A stretch of DNA of 64,000 bases, taken from contig JAEOTZ010000042.1 of assembly GCA_016839585.1 (NCBI GenBank), positions 1 to 64,000 on the forward strand. Reading direction: 5' to 3'. Origin of the DNA: Promethearchaeota archaeon (GTDB lineage: Archaea > Asgardarchaeota > Lokiarchaeia > Sigyniarchaeales > SOKP01). The position numbers and the translations under genes were made by a program. Below the pieces are notes generated by a model. That model searched no databases and was not told the origin of the DNA. It worked only from the letters and a program-made list of their open reading frames with translations. Numbering within the stretch: the stretch's first letter is position 1; the number at the start of each line of letters is the position of its first letter. Positions 29,198 through 39,598 of this stretch are shown here, piece after piece.

Positions 29198-29919
29198 TCT
29201 TCTTTCTCCTCTTTTTCTCTCTCTCTTAAAGTCTTTAATCTTTCTAATAAAGGTTCCCAAAACATTTCACTAAATTTTCCAGATGTTTTAACATCTGTAA
29301 TTTCTAACTTGACTGCACCTGTTGGACATCCATTATCACAAGCTCCACAAAATACGCATTTTTCCTCATCCACAACTACATTTGGGACTGTTTCCCAGCC
29401 TTTATCAGACTTTTTTGGGACTGTAATTGCACCAGATGGACATACTTCGTAGCATGTTTGACATCCACCAGGGCACTCCTCATCAACAATACTTATTTTG
29501 CCGTCGGTATATTGTTTAACAACCCTCTTAATCGCGTTATAGTTCTCAATCTTTTTAGCTTCAAATTCCAGTCTGGGTACTACTTTTTCTTTTACAATTT
29601 GGATGTCTTCTAACTCAATTACTTCACCATCTTTTTTTAAAGTTAGAGCACTAAAAGGGCACATGTACACACAAGTTCCACAAAAAACACATTTTTTTGG
29701 GTCATATACCTCTGGTATAATATCTTCTAAAGTTGGGAATCGTCGGGAAGTTCCTACAGGTCCTCTTGAAATTGCCTCTTTAGGACAAACACGAGCACAA
29801 GTTCCGCAACCAACACATTTAGTTCTATCTAAAATTAATTCTAAACTTTCAGTTAAAAATTGAACTTTTACATGTTCTATTTCTTTACTAATTGTTCTTG
29901 ATATTTTTGGAAATGACAT
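29194..29919 (-). CDS. Polyferredoxin, FwdF-like (4 clusters)
   Basis: Four CxxCxxCxxxCP-type motifs; likely ATG at 29919. Confidence 0.8.
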   Translation of the reverse strand: MSFPKISRTISKEIEHVKVQFLTESLELILDRTKCVGCGTCARVCPKEAISRGPVGTSRRFPTLEDIIPEVYDPKKCVFCGTCVYMCPFSALTLKKDGEVIELEDIQIVKEKVVPRLEFEAKKIENYNAIKRVVKQYTDGKISIVDEECPGGCQTCYEVCPSGAITVPKKSDKGWETVPNVVVDEEKCVFCGACDNGCPTGAVKLEITDVKTSGKFSEMFWEPLLERLKTLREREKEEKEE

Positions 29920-29929
29920 ATTTTTTACC

Positions 29930-30187
29930 TCATTTACTTTCAACTAAATGTAATTCAATAGCAGAGACTGGGCAAAATTTAATACAAACACCACATCCAT
30001 CACAGTTCACATCTCTACCCTCAACATATATATCATAAGCCATTCCATTTTTGACTAAGACTACTGCATTTTCTTTAGTTAAATAACCCTTTTGTTTTAA
30101 TTGTTGAAAATTCAAGGGGCAACTTACAACGCAGTCATTACAGCCAATACATGTATTTTTATTAATTTTCAGTCTGTAAATTTGCAT
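29930..30187 (-). CDS. 2x[4Fe-4S] ferredoxin (FwdG/H-like)
   Basis: CIGCNDCVVSCP and CDGCGVCIKFCP. Confidence 0.8.
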   Translation of the reverse strand: MQIYRLKINKNTCIGCNDCVVSCPLNFQQLKQKGYLTKENAVVLVKNGMAYDIYVEGRDVNCDGCGVCIKFCPVSAIELHLVESK

Positions 30188-30470
30188 ATTTTTCCCTCAT
30201 TGTTAAATGAAACGGTGAAAGGCATTCAAAATAGCGTAGAACATTTATAGATATATAGACGTTTTATAATATCCGTCAATATATTAAATTTTATATTTAA
30301 CTTAAATTGTAGAAAGTATATTTTTTTAAAAAATTTGTTATAGGAATTAGTAAGTCATAAATTAATATAAAATTCTAAACTTTTTTGTTAATTTAAATTT
30401 ATCATATTATTTTATAATATAAATTATCCTTAGTTTAAAAGAAAAAAAGAAATAACCATCTTTTAAAAGT

Positions 30471-30986
30471 TCATTCATTATTAGGACGAATTGACTCCAA
30501 ATATGGAAAATTTTTTATTTCCATCGAAGTACCGGTAGCCTTGATTAATTTTCGGAAATCGGGTTCGGGGATTTGTAAAGTTTCGGTATTAACATTTGGA
30601 TGACAACAAATTTCTTCCGCATTCCATATATTTTCATCTACCATGAAAATCACCTTGTTATTGGTATCATTAACTAATGAAAGCGGAGATACAGCACCAG
30701 CGGTAATACCTAATATCTCAGAAAGATCTTCAGGTTCGGCAAAACGAACTTTTGGAGCACCTATCAATTTACGGAATTGGTTTAAGTCCAGACGCTTTTC
30801 ATGAGGTATGGTAACTAAATAGAATTGCCCGGATTTTTTATTCTTAAGAAACAAATTTTTGCAATGAGTTCCTGGGATGTGTCCACAATGCACTCTTGCT
30901 TCTGGTACAGTGAACACTGCCGAGTGAGTGTGTAAGACATATCGAATATTATGATCAGCTAACCATCGCTTTAATGAATCTTCCAT
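30471..30986 (-). CDS. YbaK/ProX prolyl-tRNA editing protein
   Basis: HSAVFTV, CKNLFLK, GAVSP, HPNVN; likely start MEDSL at 30986. Confidence 0.88.
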   Translation of the reverse strand: MEDSLKRWLADHNIRYVLHTHSAVFTVPEARVHCGHIPGTHCKNLFLKNKKSGQFYLVTIPHEKRLDLNQFRKLIGAPKVRFAEPEDLSEILGITAGAVSPLSLVNDTNNKVIFMVDENIWNAEEICCHPNVNTETLQIPEPDFRKLIKATGTSMEIKNFPYLESIRPNNE

Positions 30987-31157
30987 TTTCCTTACATTTA
31001 AATAAAAACCTATCTGCGTTATAAGGTTTAAGAATAAAATCAAAAAAAGAACCTTAAAATTATAAAACATATGTTTATAAATTCTTTAAAATCATTTCAT
31101 AATATTAAAAATTAAGATATTTCAAATAAAGAAATCTGAAAAATAGGGATTTATGTT

Positions 31158-32816
31158 ATGAAAAATGATATATTTACTTTTCTTGTTGGCGGAAAAGCAG
31201 GAGAAGGCGTAAAGAAAGCTGGTTCAGTAGCGGCACATATTTTTTCAAGTATGGGACGTCATCTTTTTCAAATGGATGACTATATGAGCTTAATTAGAGG
31301 AGGTCATAATTTCTCAGTTGTTAGTACTTCCCGAAGATGGATCAGTAGTCATTATATGAAGGCAGATTTAATTGTAAATTTTGATAAAAGAAGCTGCGAA
31401 ACTCATATTAACGAAGTTGCTGAGGGAGGGATTGTTATTTTTAATTCAGATGAGCAAGAGGATGTAGAAGGGATTGGAGTACCATTAAGCTCGATAGCTA
31501 AAAAATATCCACTTAAAAGCTTAATGTATGGAGTGGGTGCTGTCGCAGTCTTATCTTCTTTTATAGGTTTCAAGAAAGAAGAAATGAATCACATCATAAA
31601 ATCTGAGTATCCAAGAGGTATTAAAGATAATATCTCTTTTGCTAGTGAGATATATGATATTGTAAATCCTGAATGTGGAAGTAAGTTTCCTTTAGAAAGA
31701 GGTGACTATAAGAGACCAATCATAACAGGCAACGAAGCAATAAGTTTGGGTGCGATTGCAGGTGGATTAGACACTTATTATGGATATCCAATGACTCCAG
31801 CCTCATCAATTTTGCATTTTTTAGCTGAACAAGCAGAAAATTTTGGTTTAGCAGTTGTTCATGCTGAAAGTGAAATTGCTGTAATAAATATGGCTATTGG
31901 TTCTGCATTTACAGGTGCAAGATCTATGGTTGGAACAAGTGGAGGGGGCTTTTCTCTTATGACAGAAGGTTTTTCTTTGGCAGGTATGACAGAAACTCCC
32001 ATATTAGTGATATTTTCTCAAAGACCTGGACCTGCCACTGGTGTGCCTACTTATACAGAGCAGGCAGATTTAAATTTTGCTTTATCAGCTAGTCATGGAG
32101 ATTTCCTGCGAATTGTGGCATCTCCCGGGACCATAGAAGAAGCATATTACTTAACAGCAGAGATGCTGGACATTGTATGGAAATTTCAAACACCAGGAAT
32201 TTTACTTACTGAAAAACATTTATCAGAATGTAGTATAACTGTGGATCTTGAGATTAATAATGTTAAATGGGCTGAACCTAAGATGCATAAAGGTGGAGAA
32301 TATAAGAGATATCTTGATACTGAGGATGGAGTCTCTCCCATGTTATTCCCTCCATCTAAAGAAGTTATAAAGTGGAATAGTTATGAACACGATGAATTTG
32401 GAATCACAACTGAAAAAGCTAATCTGATTGAAAAAATGCATGATAAAAGAAAGAAAAAAATTAAAGTAATTCAAGATTATTTGAAAAACTTAAATACTGT
32501 TAATATTTTTGGAAATGGAGAACCAATAATATTCACTTATGGATCTACTACGATGAGTGTATTAGAAGCACTTAAATGCAGGAATATTGAAGCAACTGTA
32601 GTTCAACCAATATTTTTAAAACCCCTTCCTCTTTGGAATCTTAAAAATTATGTGGATAAAGAAAATATAGTTGTAGAAATGAGTTCAACGGGTCAATTTG
32701 CGACTTTACTTAAAGAAAAAGTGGGCATCTCTCCTAAAGCAGAGTTAAGACAATATAATGGAAGACCTTTTGATCCTATTGACCTATCAAATAAAATAAT
32801 GGAGGTGTTAAAATAA
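31158..32816 (+). CDS. korA: 2-oxoacid:ferredoxin oxidoreductase alpha (gamma-alpha fusion)
   Basis: GGKAGEG, IRGGHN, YPMTP, ESEIA, TSGGGF, QRPGPATG. Confidence 0.9.
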   Translation: MKNDIFTFLVGGKAGEGVKKAGSVAAHIFSSMGRHLFQMDDYMSLIRGGHNFSVVSTSRRWISSHYMKADLIVNFDKRSCETHINEVAEGGIVIFNSDEQEDVEGIGVPLSSIAKKYPLKSLMYGVGAVAVLSSFIGFKKEEMNHIIKSEYPRGIKDNISFASEIYDIVNPECGSKFPLERGDYKRPIITGNEAISLGAIAGGLDTYYGYPMTPASSILHFLAEQAENFGLAVVHAESEIAVINMAIGSAFTGARSMVGTSGGGFSLMTEGFSLAGMTETPILVIFSQRPGPATGVPTYTEQADLNFALSASHGDFLRIVASPGTIEEAYYLTAEMLDIVWKFQTPGILLTEKHLSECSITVDLEINNVKWAEPKMHKGGEYKRYLDTEDGVSPMLFPPSKEVIKWNSYEHDEFGITTEKANLIEKMHDKRKKKIKVIQDYLKNLNTVNIFGNGEPIIFTYGSTTMSVLEALKCRNIEATVVQPIFLKPLPLWNLKNYVDKENIVVEMSSTGQFATLLKEKVGISPKAELRQYNGRPFDPIDLSNKIMEVLK

Positions 32817-32817
32817 A

Positions 32818-33657
32818 GTGGAAAATTTAAAAAGTAATGCTGAAATTACTTGGTGTCCAGGATGTGGTAATTTTGGGATCTTTACTGCCATTCGGAATGC
32901 AGTTCCAATATTAGAAGAGAAAGGAATTTCAAGAGAAAGAATTATAATGACTGCTGGGATTGGATGTCATGCCAAGATATTTGATTATTTAAACTTAAGT
33001 GGTTTTTATGGTTTACATGGAAGGAATACCTCAAATTCTGAAGGAATTAAAATTGCAAATCCAGATCTAAAAATAATTAATTTTTCTGGAGATGCTAATG
33101 GATTAGCAGAAGGATTGGCACATACCATGTTCGCAGCAAAAAGAAATCAAGATATAACATTTATTTTACATAATAATAGCGTGTATGCTCTTACTACAGG
33201 CCAATTCTCTCCATTAGCAGAAAAGGGATGGAAGGGACCTTCTACACCCAGAGGTAGCTACGAGGAACCGTTTAATCCGATGTCGTTGATGATCGAGGCT
33301 GGTGCTACTTTTGTTGCTAGAGGTTTTGCAGGAGATACAAAGCATCTCACCGATCTCATAGTACAAGGAGTAGAACACGAAGGCTTTGCTTTCATTGAAA
33401 TCTTACAACCTGCCGTTCCGTACCATAAGTGGGAAGAATATAGAGATCGTGTTCAATATCTTGAAAAAGAACCAGAAACATATTGTGAAAGTATTAAGGC
33501 TGCCAAGGAAAAACATAAGTTTACAATTGGAGTATTCTATAGAACTACAAGACCAGTTTATTGTAAAGAGTTATATGGAGATTATAACCCAATTACAAAA
33601 AGCTTATCAAAAGAAGTAAGAATGGAAAGAATAAGAAAAATTCTTGAATCCAAATAA
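32818..33657 (+). CDS. korB: 2-oxoacid:ferredoxin oxidoreductase beta
   Basis: WCPGCG, GIGC, LHGR, SGD, NNSVYALTTGQ. Confidence 0.9.
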   Translation: MENLKSNAEITWCPGCGNFGIFTAIRNAVPILEEKGISRERIIMTAGIGCHAKIFDYLNLSGFYGLHGRNTSNSEGIKIANPDLKIINFSGDANGLAEGLAHTMFAAKRNQDITFILHNNSVYALTTGQFSPLAEKGWKGPSTPRGSYEEPFNPMSLMIEAGATFVARGFAGDTKHLTDLIVQGVEHEGFAFIEILQPAVPYHKWEEYRDRVQYLEKEPETYCESIKAAKEKHKFTIGVFYRTTRPVYCKELYGDYNPITKSLSKEVRMERIRKILESK

Positions 33658-33891
33658 CATTACAATCTTAGATGTAAACCAACAAGGAGATACTAAAAAT
33701 TTATAACTTTTCCAACAATTAGTTTATTTTACTTTCCCAATTTCATACTATCTCTAAACCTATTTAATTATTTTTGAAAAAGACTGTATATATATGAAAA
33801 TTTAATTAAAAAAAAAGAAAGATTTTTTGTTTTTAATTTCTATTAAATTGAATCTTTTATTTTTTAGCTATTAATACTCCGTTACTGATAT

Positions 33892-35094
33892 TCATAAAAC
33901 GGCATCTAAAATGAAACCTACTAGGGTACCAGACCTATCATCATCAGAAGTAAAGACCACAACTATGTTGTCTTCTGGAATAACAATTATCCGTTGACCA
34001 TAAAGACCAGAAGCTGAATAATAATTAACAGAGGGCCACCATAAATATCCATAATCAAACCAACCACCAAAATAGGGATTATAGCGAGTTATTTGAACAC
34101 TCGTCGATTCTTCTATCCATTCTTTCGAAACAACTTGTCTCCACCACCACCAACTCCGCCACTTCCCGTCATTTAAGCACATCAATCCAATACGAGCCAT
34201 TGCTCTATGTGTCATGAAAAGTCCGAAACCTCCATGATTTTTAATTGCAAGATCTCCAGTTCCCCATGTTGAAGCTCCTTCCCACCAATCCCATTCGCTA
34301 TCTAGGATTTTAAGTGGTCTAAATAGATATTTTCGAGCAAAATCAGCCATTGTCATCCCACTCTTATTGGCGATCATCACTGATAACATTTCTGCATTTC
34401 CACTTGAATATGTAAATGCATAAGAATGCTCGAATCCAGGTTCGTAAGACATATTCCTGGTAAGATAATCATCGAGTCTAAAATCATTAAAATACCAAGG
34501 CCACCAGTCGCCCAGCTCATTCCATTCAATACCAGCATTTTGTAAGAGCAAATTTTCTACAGTTATATCTAATTTTGCATCACCAAAAACGGGATCACCA
34601 TATATTGTAGGATTCCATCTATCTGGGAAAACTTCGAAGAATGTAGTGTCTAAATCGAAAAGTCCCTGTTCAATAGCTATTCCAGTAAGCAGAGATACGA
34701 TGGATTTAGTAACACTCCATAGACAATGCAAATTACCGTTTCGAAGCTGTATAAATGGATCGGCTTCAGGCCATTCATAACTCTTTTGCTCCATGCGTTT
34801 AGAATCATTAAGGTATTCTTCATTAACTATGTATCCATTGCGAATAATTAAAGCACTATGAAGATCAATTTCGTTTGCTTCGACAAAATCATACATTTCC
34901 TCTATCTTGCTTGAATTCATGCCTTGTCTTTCGGGACTTGTTTGACTCCACCAAAACCAACCAGGGAAATAATCTCGCCTTCTAAATCCACCACATGCAA
35001 CTGTCTGATATGGGAAAAGTCCAAGAAAGATGATGACGGCAAAAGAAATTCCAATAATAGTTAATTTTGAACTACGTTTCATAATCATTTTCAC
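33892..35094 (-). CDS. Secreted serine hydrolase, beta-lactamase/NylB-like family
   Basis: SxxK (SVTK), FTYSS, YGYLWW, ASGLYGQ; N-terminal hydrophobic signal. Confidence 0.85.
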   Translation of the reverse strand: MKMIMKRSSKLTIIGISFAVIIFLGLFPYQTVACGGFRRRDYFPGWFWWSQTSPERQGMNSSKIEEMYDFVEANEIDLHSALIIRNGYIVNEEYLNDSKRMEQKSYEWPEADPFIQLRNGNLHCLWSVTKSIVSLLTGIAIEQGLFDLDTTFFEVFPDRWNPTIYGDPVFGDAKLDITVENLLLQNAGIEWNELGDWWPWYFNDFRLDDYLTRNMSYEPGFEHSYAFTYSSGNAEMLSVMIANKSGMTMADFARKYLFRPLKILDSEWDWWEGASTWGTGDLAIKNHGGFGLFMTHRAMARIGLMCLNDGKWRSWWWWRQVVSKEWIEESTSVQITRYNPYFGGWFDYGYLWWPSVNYYSASGLYGQRIIVIPEDNIVVVFTSDDDRSGTLVGFILDAVL

Positions 35095-35111
35095 TTATTT
35101 CTTTGAATTTT

Positions 35112-35129
35112 TGCGACAAAATTGTCGCA
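35112..35129. promoter_or_regulatory. Palindromic operator-like site
   Basis: TGCGACAA-AA-TTGTCGCA, 17 bp upstream of the hydrolase ORF. Confidence 0.5.
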
Positions 35130-35431
35130 TAACATATATTATATTATTGTATTTAAAACTACTCATTTACATTTTTGTAAATTAAATCTATCGACAAATA
35201 GAGAAAAGAGAAAAGAAAAGTTTGGTAAGATTAAGAAGTATCAATAGAGTAATGATATGAAAGAAATGATAAAAAGTAATGCGCAAAATACTTGGATCTA
35301 AATGAAGAAATAGTCCTATTTTTAATAATTTTCTGTTTTTATTTTGTTTTTAACAGTACACTTATTAATTCTTGCACGAATTTTTAATTAAGTATATATA
35401 TTGTTATGAAATTTTTAGTTAGAAGATAAGC

Positions 35432-36586
35432 ATGGAAATAACAAGAAGTGAAGATTGTCTAATATTTAATGGTCTTACACCTGAAATTACTAAGATGGAT
35501 AGCGTCTATAATGCCCTCGCAGAATTCATGAAAAAAAAACAAGCGAATGATCCATCCGATAGATTTAATTTTATAGTGTTTCAAGAAGATGGTCCAAATT
35601 ATTTAAATAATTTTACTTTATACCCTGAATATATTATAGATACTTTAAAATCGTTAAATGCTACAATAACTAGGGCTAATGTAGCGGGAGGAATCTTTGT
35701 GGCTGTAACATTCATAATTGATGTATTTAAAAAAATTTCTGATAAATTTTTTCGTTTAATTATTCTTGTGGATGAAGGTTCTCGAAAAATTCCGCCTCAA
35801 TTTATTCCTGTTTTGGAAGACCTAATTGGTAAAGTTAAAGATATGCCTTTTTTCATAGATGTTATACGTATTAATGACTATAATTTTCAAGAAGGAGAAA
35901 AACTGAATAAATTGGCTAAAACATGTAATGGTAAATTATATCAAATTGATAGAATTCGAGATCTTTTTCCGTTATTAGACGAACTTTCAGAAAAAAAATA
36001 TGTAAAAATACCTGAGTTTTATTTTAAACCAAGTGCTCCCTATATTCCAAACGAAAATCAGCCATTTTATATTAATCTGGCTGATGCCCCAATAGAAGTA
36101 GAGAAAACGTCAACATGTGCTATTTGCTTTCAAAAAGATAATTATAATATTGTACAATGCCCATCATGTGAAATTTTAGCTCATAAGACATGTTGGGCTC
36201 AATGGGCTAAAACTACTAATATTGGAATTCCACATGTCTTTAGGTGTCATAATTGTTTTAATATTTTAAAACTTGATAGTGATTTTGTTCATGATGTTCA
36301 CGCAGGGAAAATACCTACAGCAGAACAATTAAGAGAAATAAAAGTACGGAATATTGTTGAATATTTACAGGATTTAGAGGCGGAGAAAAAACCAGAAATC
36401 ATTCATGTTCCAGACCCAATGGCCCTGGAAGGTGTAGCTAACGAATATATTGAAGACGTTCCTCTAGAGAATAATATAAATGCGAGAAAAAAATCTGATA
36501 TTAACGTAATAATTTGCCCTAATTGTAGTAAAATTGCTACAAGTATGAAAAAAAAATGTCCCTATTGTGGATTTCAATTATTTTAA
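35432..36586 (+). CDS. vWA-like domain + C4HC3 (RING/PHD-type) finger + zinc ribbon protein
   Basis: DRFNFIVF, RLIILVD, FFIDVIRI (vWA-like strands); CAIC..CPSC..HKTCWAQW..CHNC; CPNC..CPYC. Confidence 0.7.
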   Translation: MEITRSEDCLIFNGLTPEITKMDSVYNALAEFMKKKQANDPSDRFNFIVFQEDGPNYLNNFTLYPEYIIDTLKSLNATITRANVAGGIFVAVTFIIDVFKKISDKFFRLIILVDEGSRKIPPQFIPVLEDLIGKVKDMPFFIDVIRINDYNFQEGEKLNKLAKTCNGKLYQIDRIRDLFPLLDELSEKKYVKIPEFYFKPSAPYIPNENQPFYINLADAPIEVEKTSTCAICFQKDNYNIVQCPSCEILAHKTCWAQWAKTTNIGIPHVFRCHNCFNILKLDSDFVHDVHAGKIPTAEQLREIKVRNIVEYLQDLEAEKKPEIIHVPDPMALEGVANEYIEDVPLENNINARKKSDINVIICPNCSKIATSMKKKCPYCGFQLF

Positions 36587-36817
36587 ATTATTATCTCAAA
36601 TATTCTAAATTTAATCTATAATTGGTTTATTTCTGAGAGTTATCTCTCTTTTAATTTAACAGGGGAGAAATTCCAAATTGTTATATCATGATAGTCATGA
36701 AATAAAGAAAAAGTGTGAATATATTTAGCAAGTCTATTTATACTGTGATTGTTTATCTCTCTATTAATATTTTCAAATTGAATTACAAATAGATAAAAAA
36801 TTTTATAAATTTGTAAA

Positions 36818-38014
36818 ATGTATTTGTATATCATGAGATGTTTTTTCACCAAAAAAAGGGCAATATTTTTAATTTGGATGTTTATAATCATATTAATTAC
36901 AGGATGTTTGGAACTAACTAAGGATAAATCTAAAGCTTCGATAGAATTTAGCACTAACATAGAAAAAAACCTAAAACTACCCTCTTTCTGGAATTTAACG
37001 GGAACTTTTATGGAGACATATGTATACCATAATGGAGATATAGTAACTGAAGAACAGTACAAAACAGTTGCTGGAATATTAATTGATGAAACATTAGAAA
37101 ATTTCACTTGGAGTAAAACAGTCGCAACTTATCCTTGGTGCAATGGTTCTGGGACTAAAGAGGACCCCTATATAATTGAAAAAGTATATATAGATGGGCA
37201 ATTTGCAGGAACCACATATTTGATCTACTCAAATATTTTAATTAGACATTCTAGAGCATATTTCACTATCAGAGACAGTAGTTTACATAAAGCGGGACCA
37301 AATGATAATGCTGGGATTTACTTGTATAATACTACAAATGGAGTACTAACAAGAAATAATTGTACTTACAATCGCAATGGAATATATCTATTTGAGAGTC
37401 ATAATAATTCAATTACATATAATAGAATGCTAAGTAATCACAGTCTTATTGTGGGTACAGGTAAAGCAATTTTTTTAGATGGATATGGAAATGGAAATGG
37501 GAGTTGTAATAACACTGTAGAAGATAATATTATAATAAATCACTACGATGGAATTGGTGTATGGTTTAGTTTAAATAATAAGATTAATAGGAATTTCTTA
37601 AATAATACTTTATTTGGACACTTCCCTGACACAGGACTATATCTTTGCGACTCTAATTATAGCTATATAACTTTTAACACATTTGCAGGAGATTACGCTG
37701 ATTATTCAAATCCCTACGGGGATTCTATAATTAACGAACAAAATTGTGTAGGAAATACAATAGAAAATAATTTTGGAGGAAGCGGTACGAGTATTAGTTC
37801 TAGTTTGAAAATCCAAAACTCTGAATCTTGGTTTTATTTAGAAAATAGCAATTATAATTATATTTATGGAAATAAATTAATAAGAACTCATCCAATCACA
37901 AAATCAGTAATCCCTGGGTACATTATCTACATTATAATTATCATTGAAGTAATGAGTGTAATCGCTATCTCCATACTTTTCAAGAAAAAGTTAACTAATG
38001 TAATAGAAAAATAA
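36818..38014 (+). CDS. Surface right-handed beta-helix (NosD-like) protein with IPGY sorting signal
   Basis: GSGTKEDPYIIE, GIYL..S.NN repeats, IPGY + TM + KKK. Confidence 0.8.
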   Translation: MYLYIMRCFFTKKRAIFLIWMFIIILITGCLELTKDKSKASIEFSTNIEKNLKLPSFWNLTGTFMETYVYHNGDIVTEEQYKTVAGILIDETLENFTWSKTVATYPWCNGSGTKEDPYIIEKVYIDGQFAGTTYLIYSNILIRHSRAYFTIRDSSLHKAGPNDNAGIYLYNTTNGVLTRNNCTYNRNGIYLFESHNNSITYNRMLSNHSLIVGTGKAIFLDGYGNGNGSCNNTVEDNIIINHYDGIGVWFSLNNKINRNFLNNTLFGHFPDTGLYLCDSNYSYITFNTFAGDYADYSNPYGDSIINEQNCVGNTIENNFGGSGTSISSSLKIQNSESWFYLENSNYNYIYGNKLIRTHPITKSVIPGYIIYIIIIIEVMSVIAISILFKKKLTNVIEK

Positions 38015-38078
38015 CTTTTTTCTTTTTTAATTAGTTGTTAAGTTAATAATTAGGAGAATAAAATTAATTTCCAATCTG

Positions 38079-39437
38079 TTAAATTAAGTCTATTCGACCT
38101 ATAGCTCTAAAAGGTAGTTCTATATTGAATTCATCATAGTTATATATTCGTCTACCATCTACAAGATTTGGGTTTTTCATCAATTTCTTAAAATCAATGG
38201 GATTTAATGTTTTAAACTCTTCCCACTCAGTAATTAGGAAAGCACATTCAGAATCTTTTAATGCATCTTCTACGGTTCCAGCATATTGAATTTTATCTCC
38301 AAATACTTCTCTAGCTGTTTGATTCGCTTTAGGGTCATAACCTATAATATCAGTAACATTTCGTTTTAATAATTCATTAACAATCCTAATACTTGCTGCT
38401 TCTCTCATATCATCTGTGCCTGGTTTAAATGAAAGACCTAAAAGTGTTACTCTTCTCCCTGCTAATTTACCAGCTAATTCTTCACCAATATTAACAATTT
38501 TAACAGCCTGATCATCATTTATACCCAGAACTGCTTCTAATAATCTAGAATGATATCCCTTAGCTTTTGCCCAAGCTTTAATAGCATTAACATCTTTATG
38601 AAAGCAAGAACCACCAAAACCTACTCCGGCACCCAAGAATCTTGGATTAAGTCTGTAATCTAACCCTACACCCTTCATAACTTGGACGACGTCAACATTG
38701 GGTACTAGTTGAGCAAAATTAGCAAATTCATTGGCATAACTAATTTTTGTAGAGAGCAAGCAATTATTTCCATATTTTACTAATTCCGCACTTTCAAGAT
38801 TCATTCGTAAAATAGGGCAGTTTTGAAGGTGTTCTCCATAGAAATATTCATAAAATTCTTGAAGCATTGCCCCACTCCTTTCATCAAATTCTCCAATAAC
38901 GATTCTATCAGGATGTAAAGTATCTTCAATTGACCGACCTTCAGCTAAAAATTCTGGTTGCATACATAATCCAAAATCTTTCCCTGGTTCTTTTCCTGAT
39001 ATTTCTCTAATTATTTTGCCTACTAAATTTCTCGTCGTTCCGGGAACAACTGTAGATCTGACAACAACCAAATGATATTTATCTTTTTTCTTTAAGCTTT
39101 CACCTATTTCTCTTGCTGTACTCTCAATGAAACTTAGATCAATACTTTTATCTTCTCTCATTGGAGTTCCTTGAGTAATCATTGAAATGTCTGTTTCCAT
39201 TACTGCTCTTATAGGATCTGTAAGGCATTGTAAAAGGTGGGGCATTTTTCTCTTAATTTCATCCATTATTTCTTGTAGGCCTGCTTCAAAAAAAGGAGCT
39301 TTACCTTCATTAATCTTCGCTGCCTTTTTTTCATTATGAGTAGAAGCTAATACTTTGATATCTTTGTTAGCAAAGCAAGCCGCTGAGCAAAGTCCAATAA
39401 ATCCAGTCCCTAGGATTGAAACACTATATTTATACAT
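38079..39437 (-). CDS. ugd: UDP-glucose/GDP-mannose dehydrogenase
   Basis: GTGFIG, RSTVVPGT, PEFLAEG, GFGGSCF, LSFKPGTDD. Confidence 0.9.
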   Translation of the reverse strand: MYKYSVSILGTGFIGLCSAACFANKDIKVLASTHNEKKAAKINEGKAPFFEAGLQEIMDEIKRKMPHLLQCLTDPIRAVMETDISMITQGTPMREDKSIDLSFIESTAREIGESLKKKDKYHLVVVRSTVVPGTTRNLVGKIIREISGKEPGKDFGLCMQPEFLAEGRSIEDTLHPDRIVIGEFDERSGAMLQEFYEYFYGEHLQNCPILRMNLESAELVKYGNNCLLSTKISYANEFANFAQLVPNVDVVQVMKGVGLDYRLNPRFLGAGVGFGGSCFHKDVNAIKAWAKAKGYHSRLLEAVLGINDDQAVKIVNIGEELAGKLAGRRVTLLGLSFKPGTDDMREAASIRIVNELLKRNVTDIIGYDPKANQTAREVFGDKIQYAGTVEDALKDSECAFLITEWEEFKTLNPIDFKKLMKNPNLVDGRRIYNYDEFNIELPFRAIGRIDLI

Positions 39438-39598
39438 AATAATTAGTTTTTTTTTTTAATTATATTAGTTTATAATATTAAAGTTTTAATATTGTTTTCC
39501 GCATTAAATTAAATTATTCTGAAAAAGAAATTTCAAAAATCTTAAAATAATAAGAAAATAGTATTACATTTATGAAATTTCAAAGGAGATTTTAGAAA

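Noticed and set aside
36640-37107. 155-aa minus-strand ORF
   Set aside because: Antisense to the well-supported beta-helix gene; no recognisable motifs.
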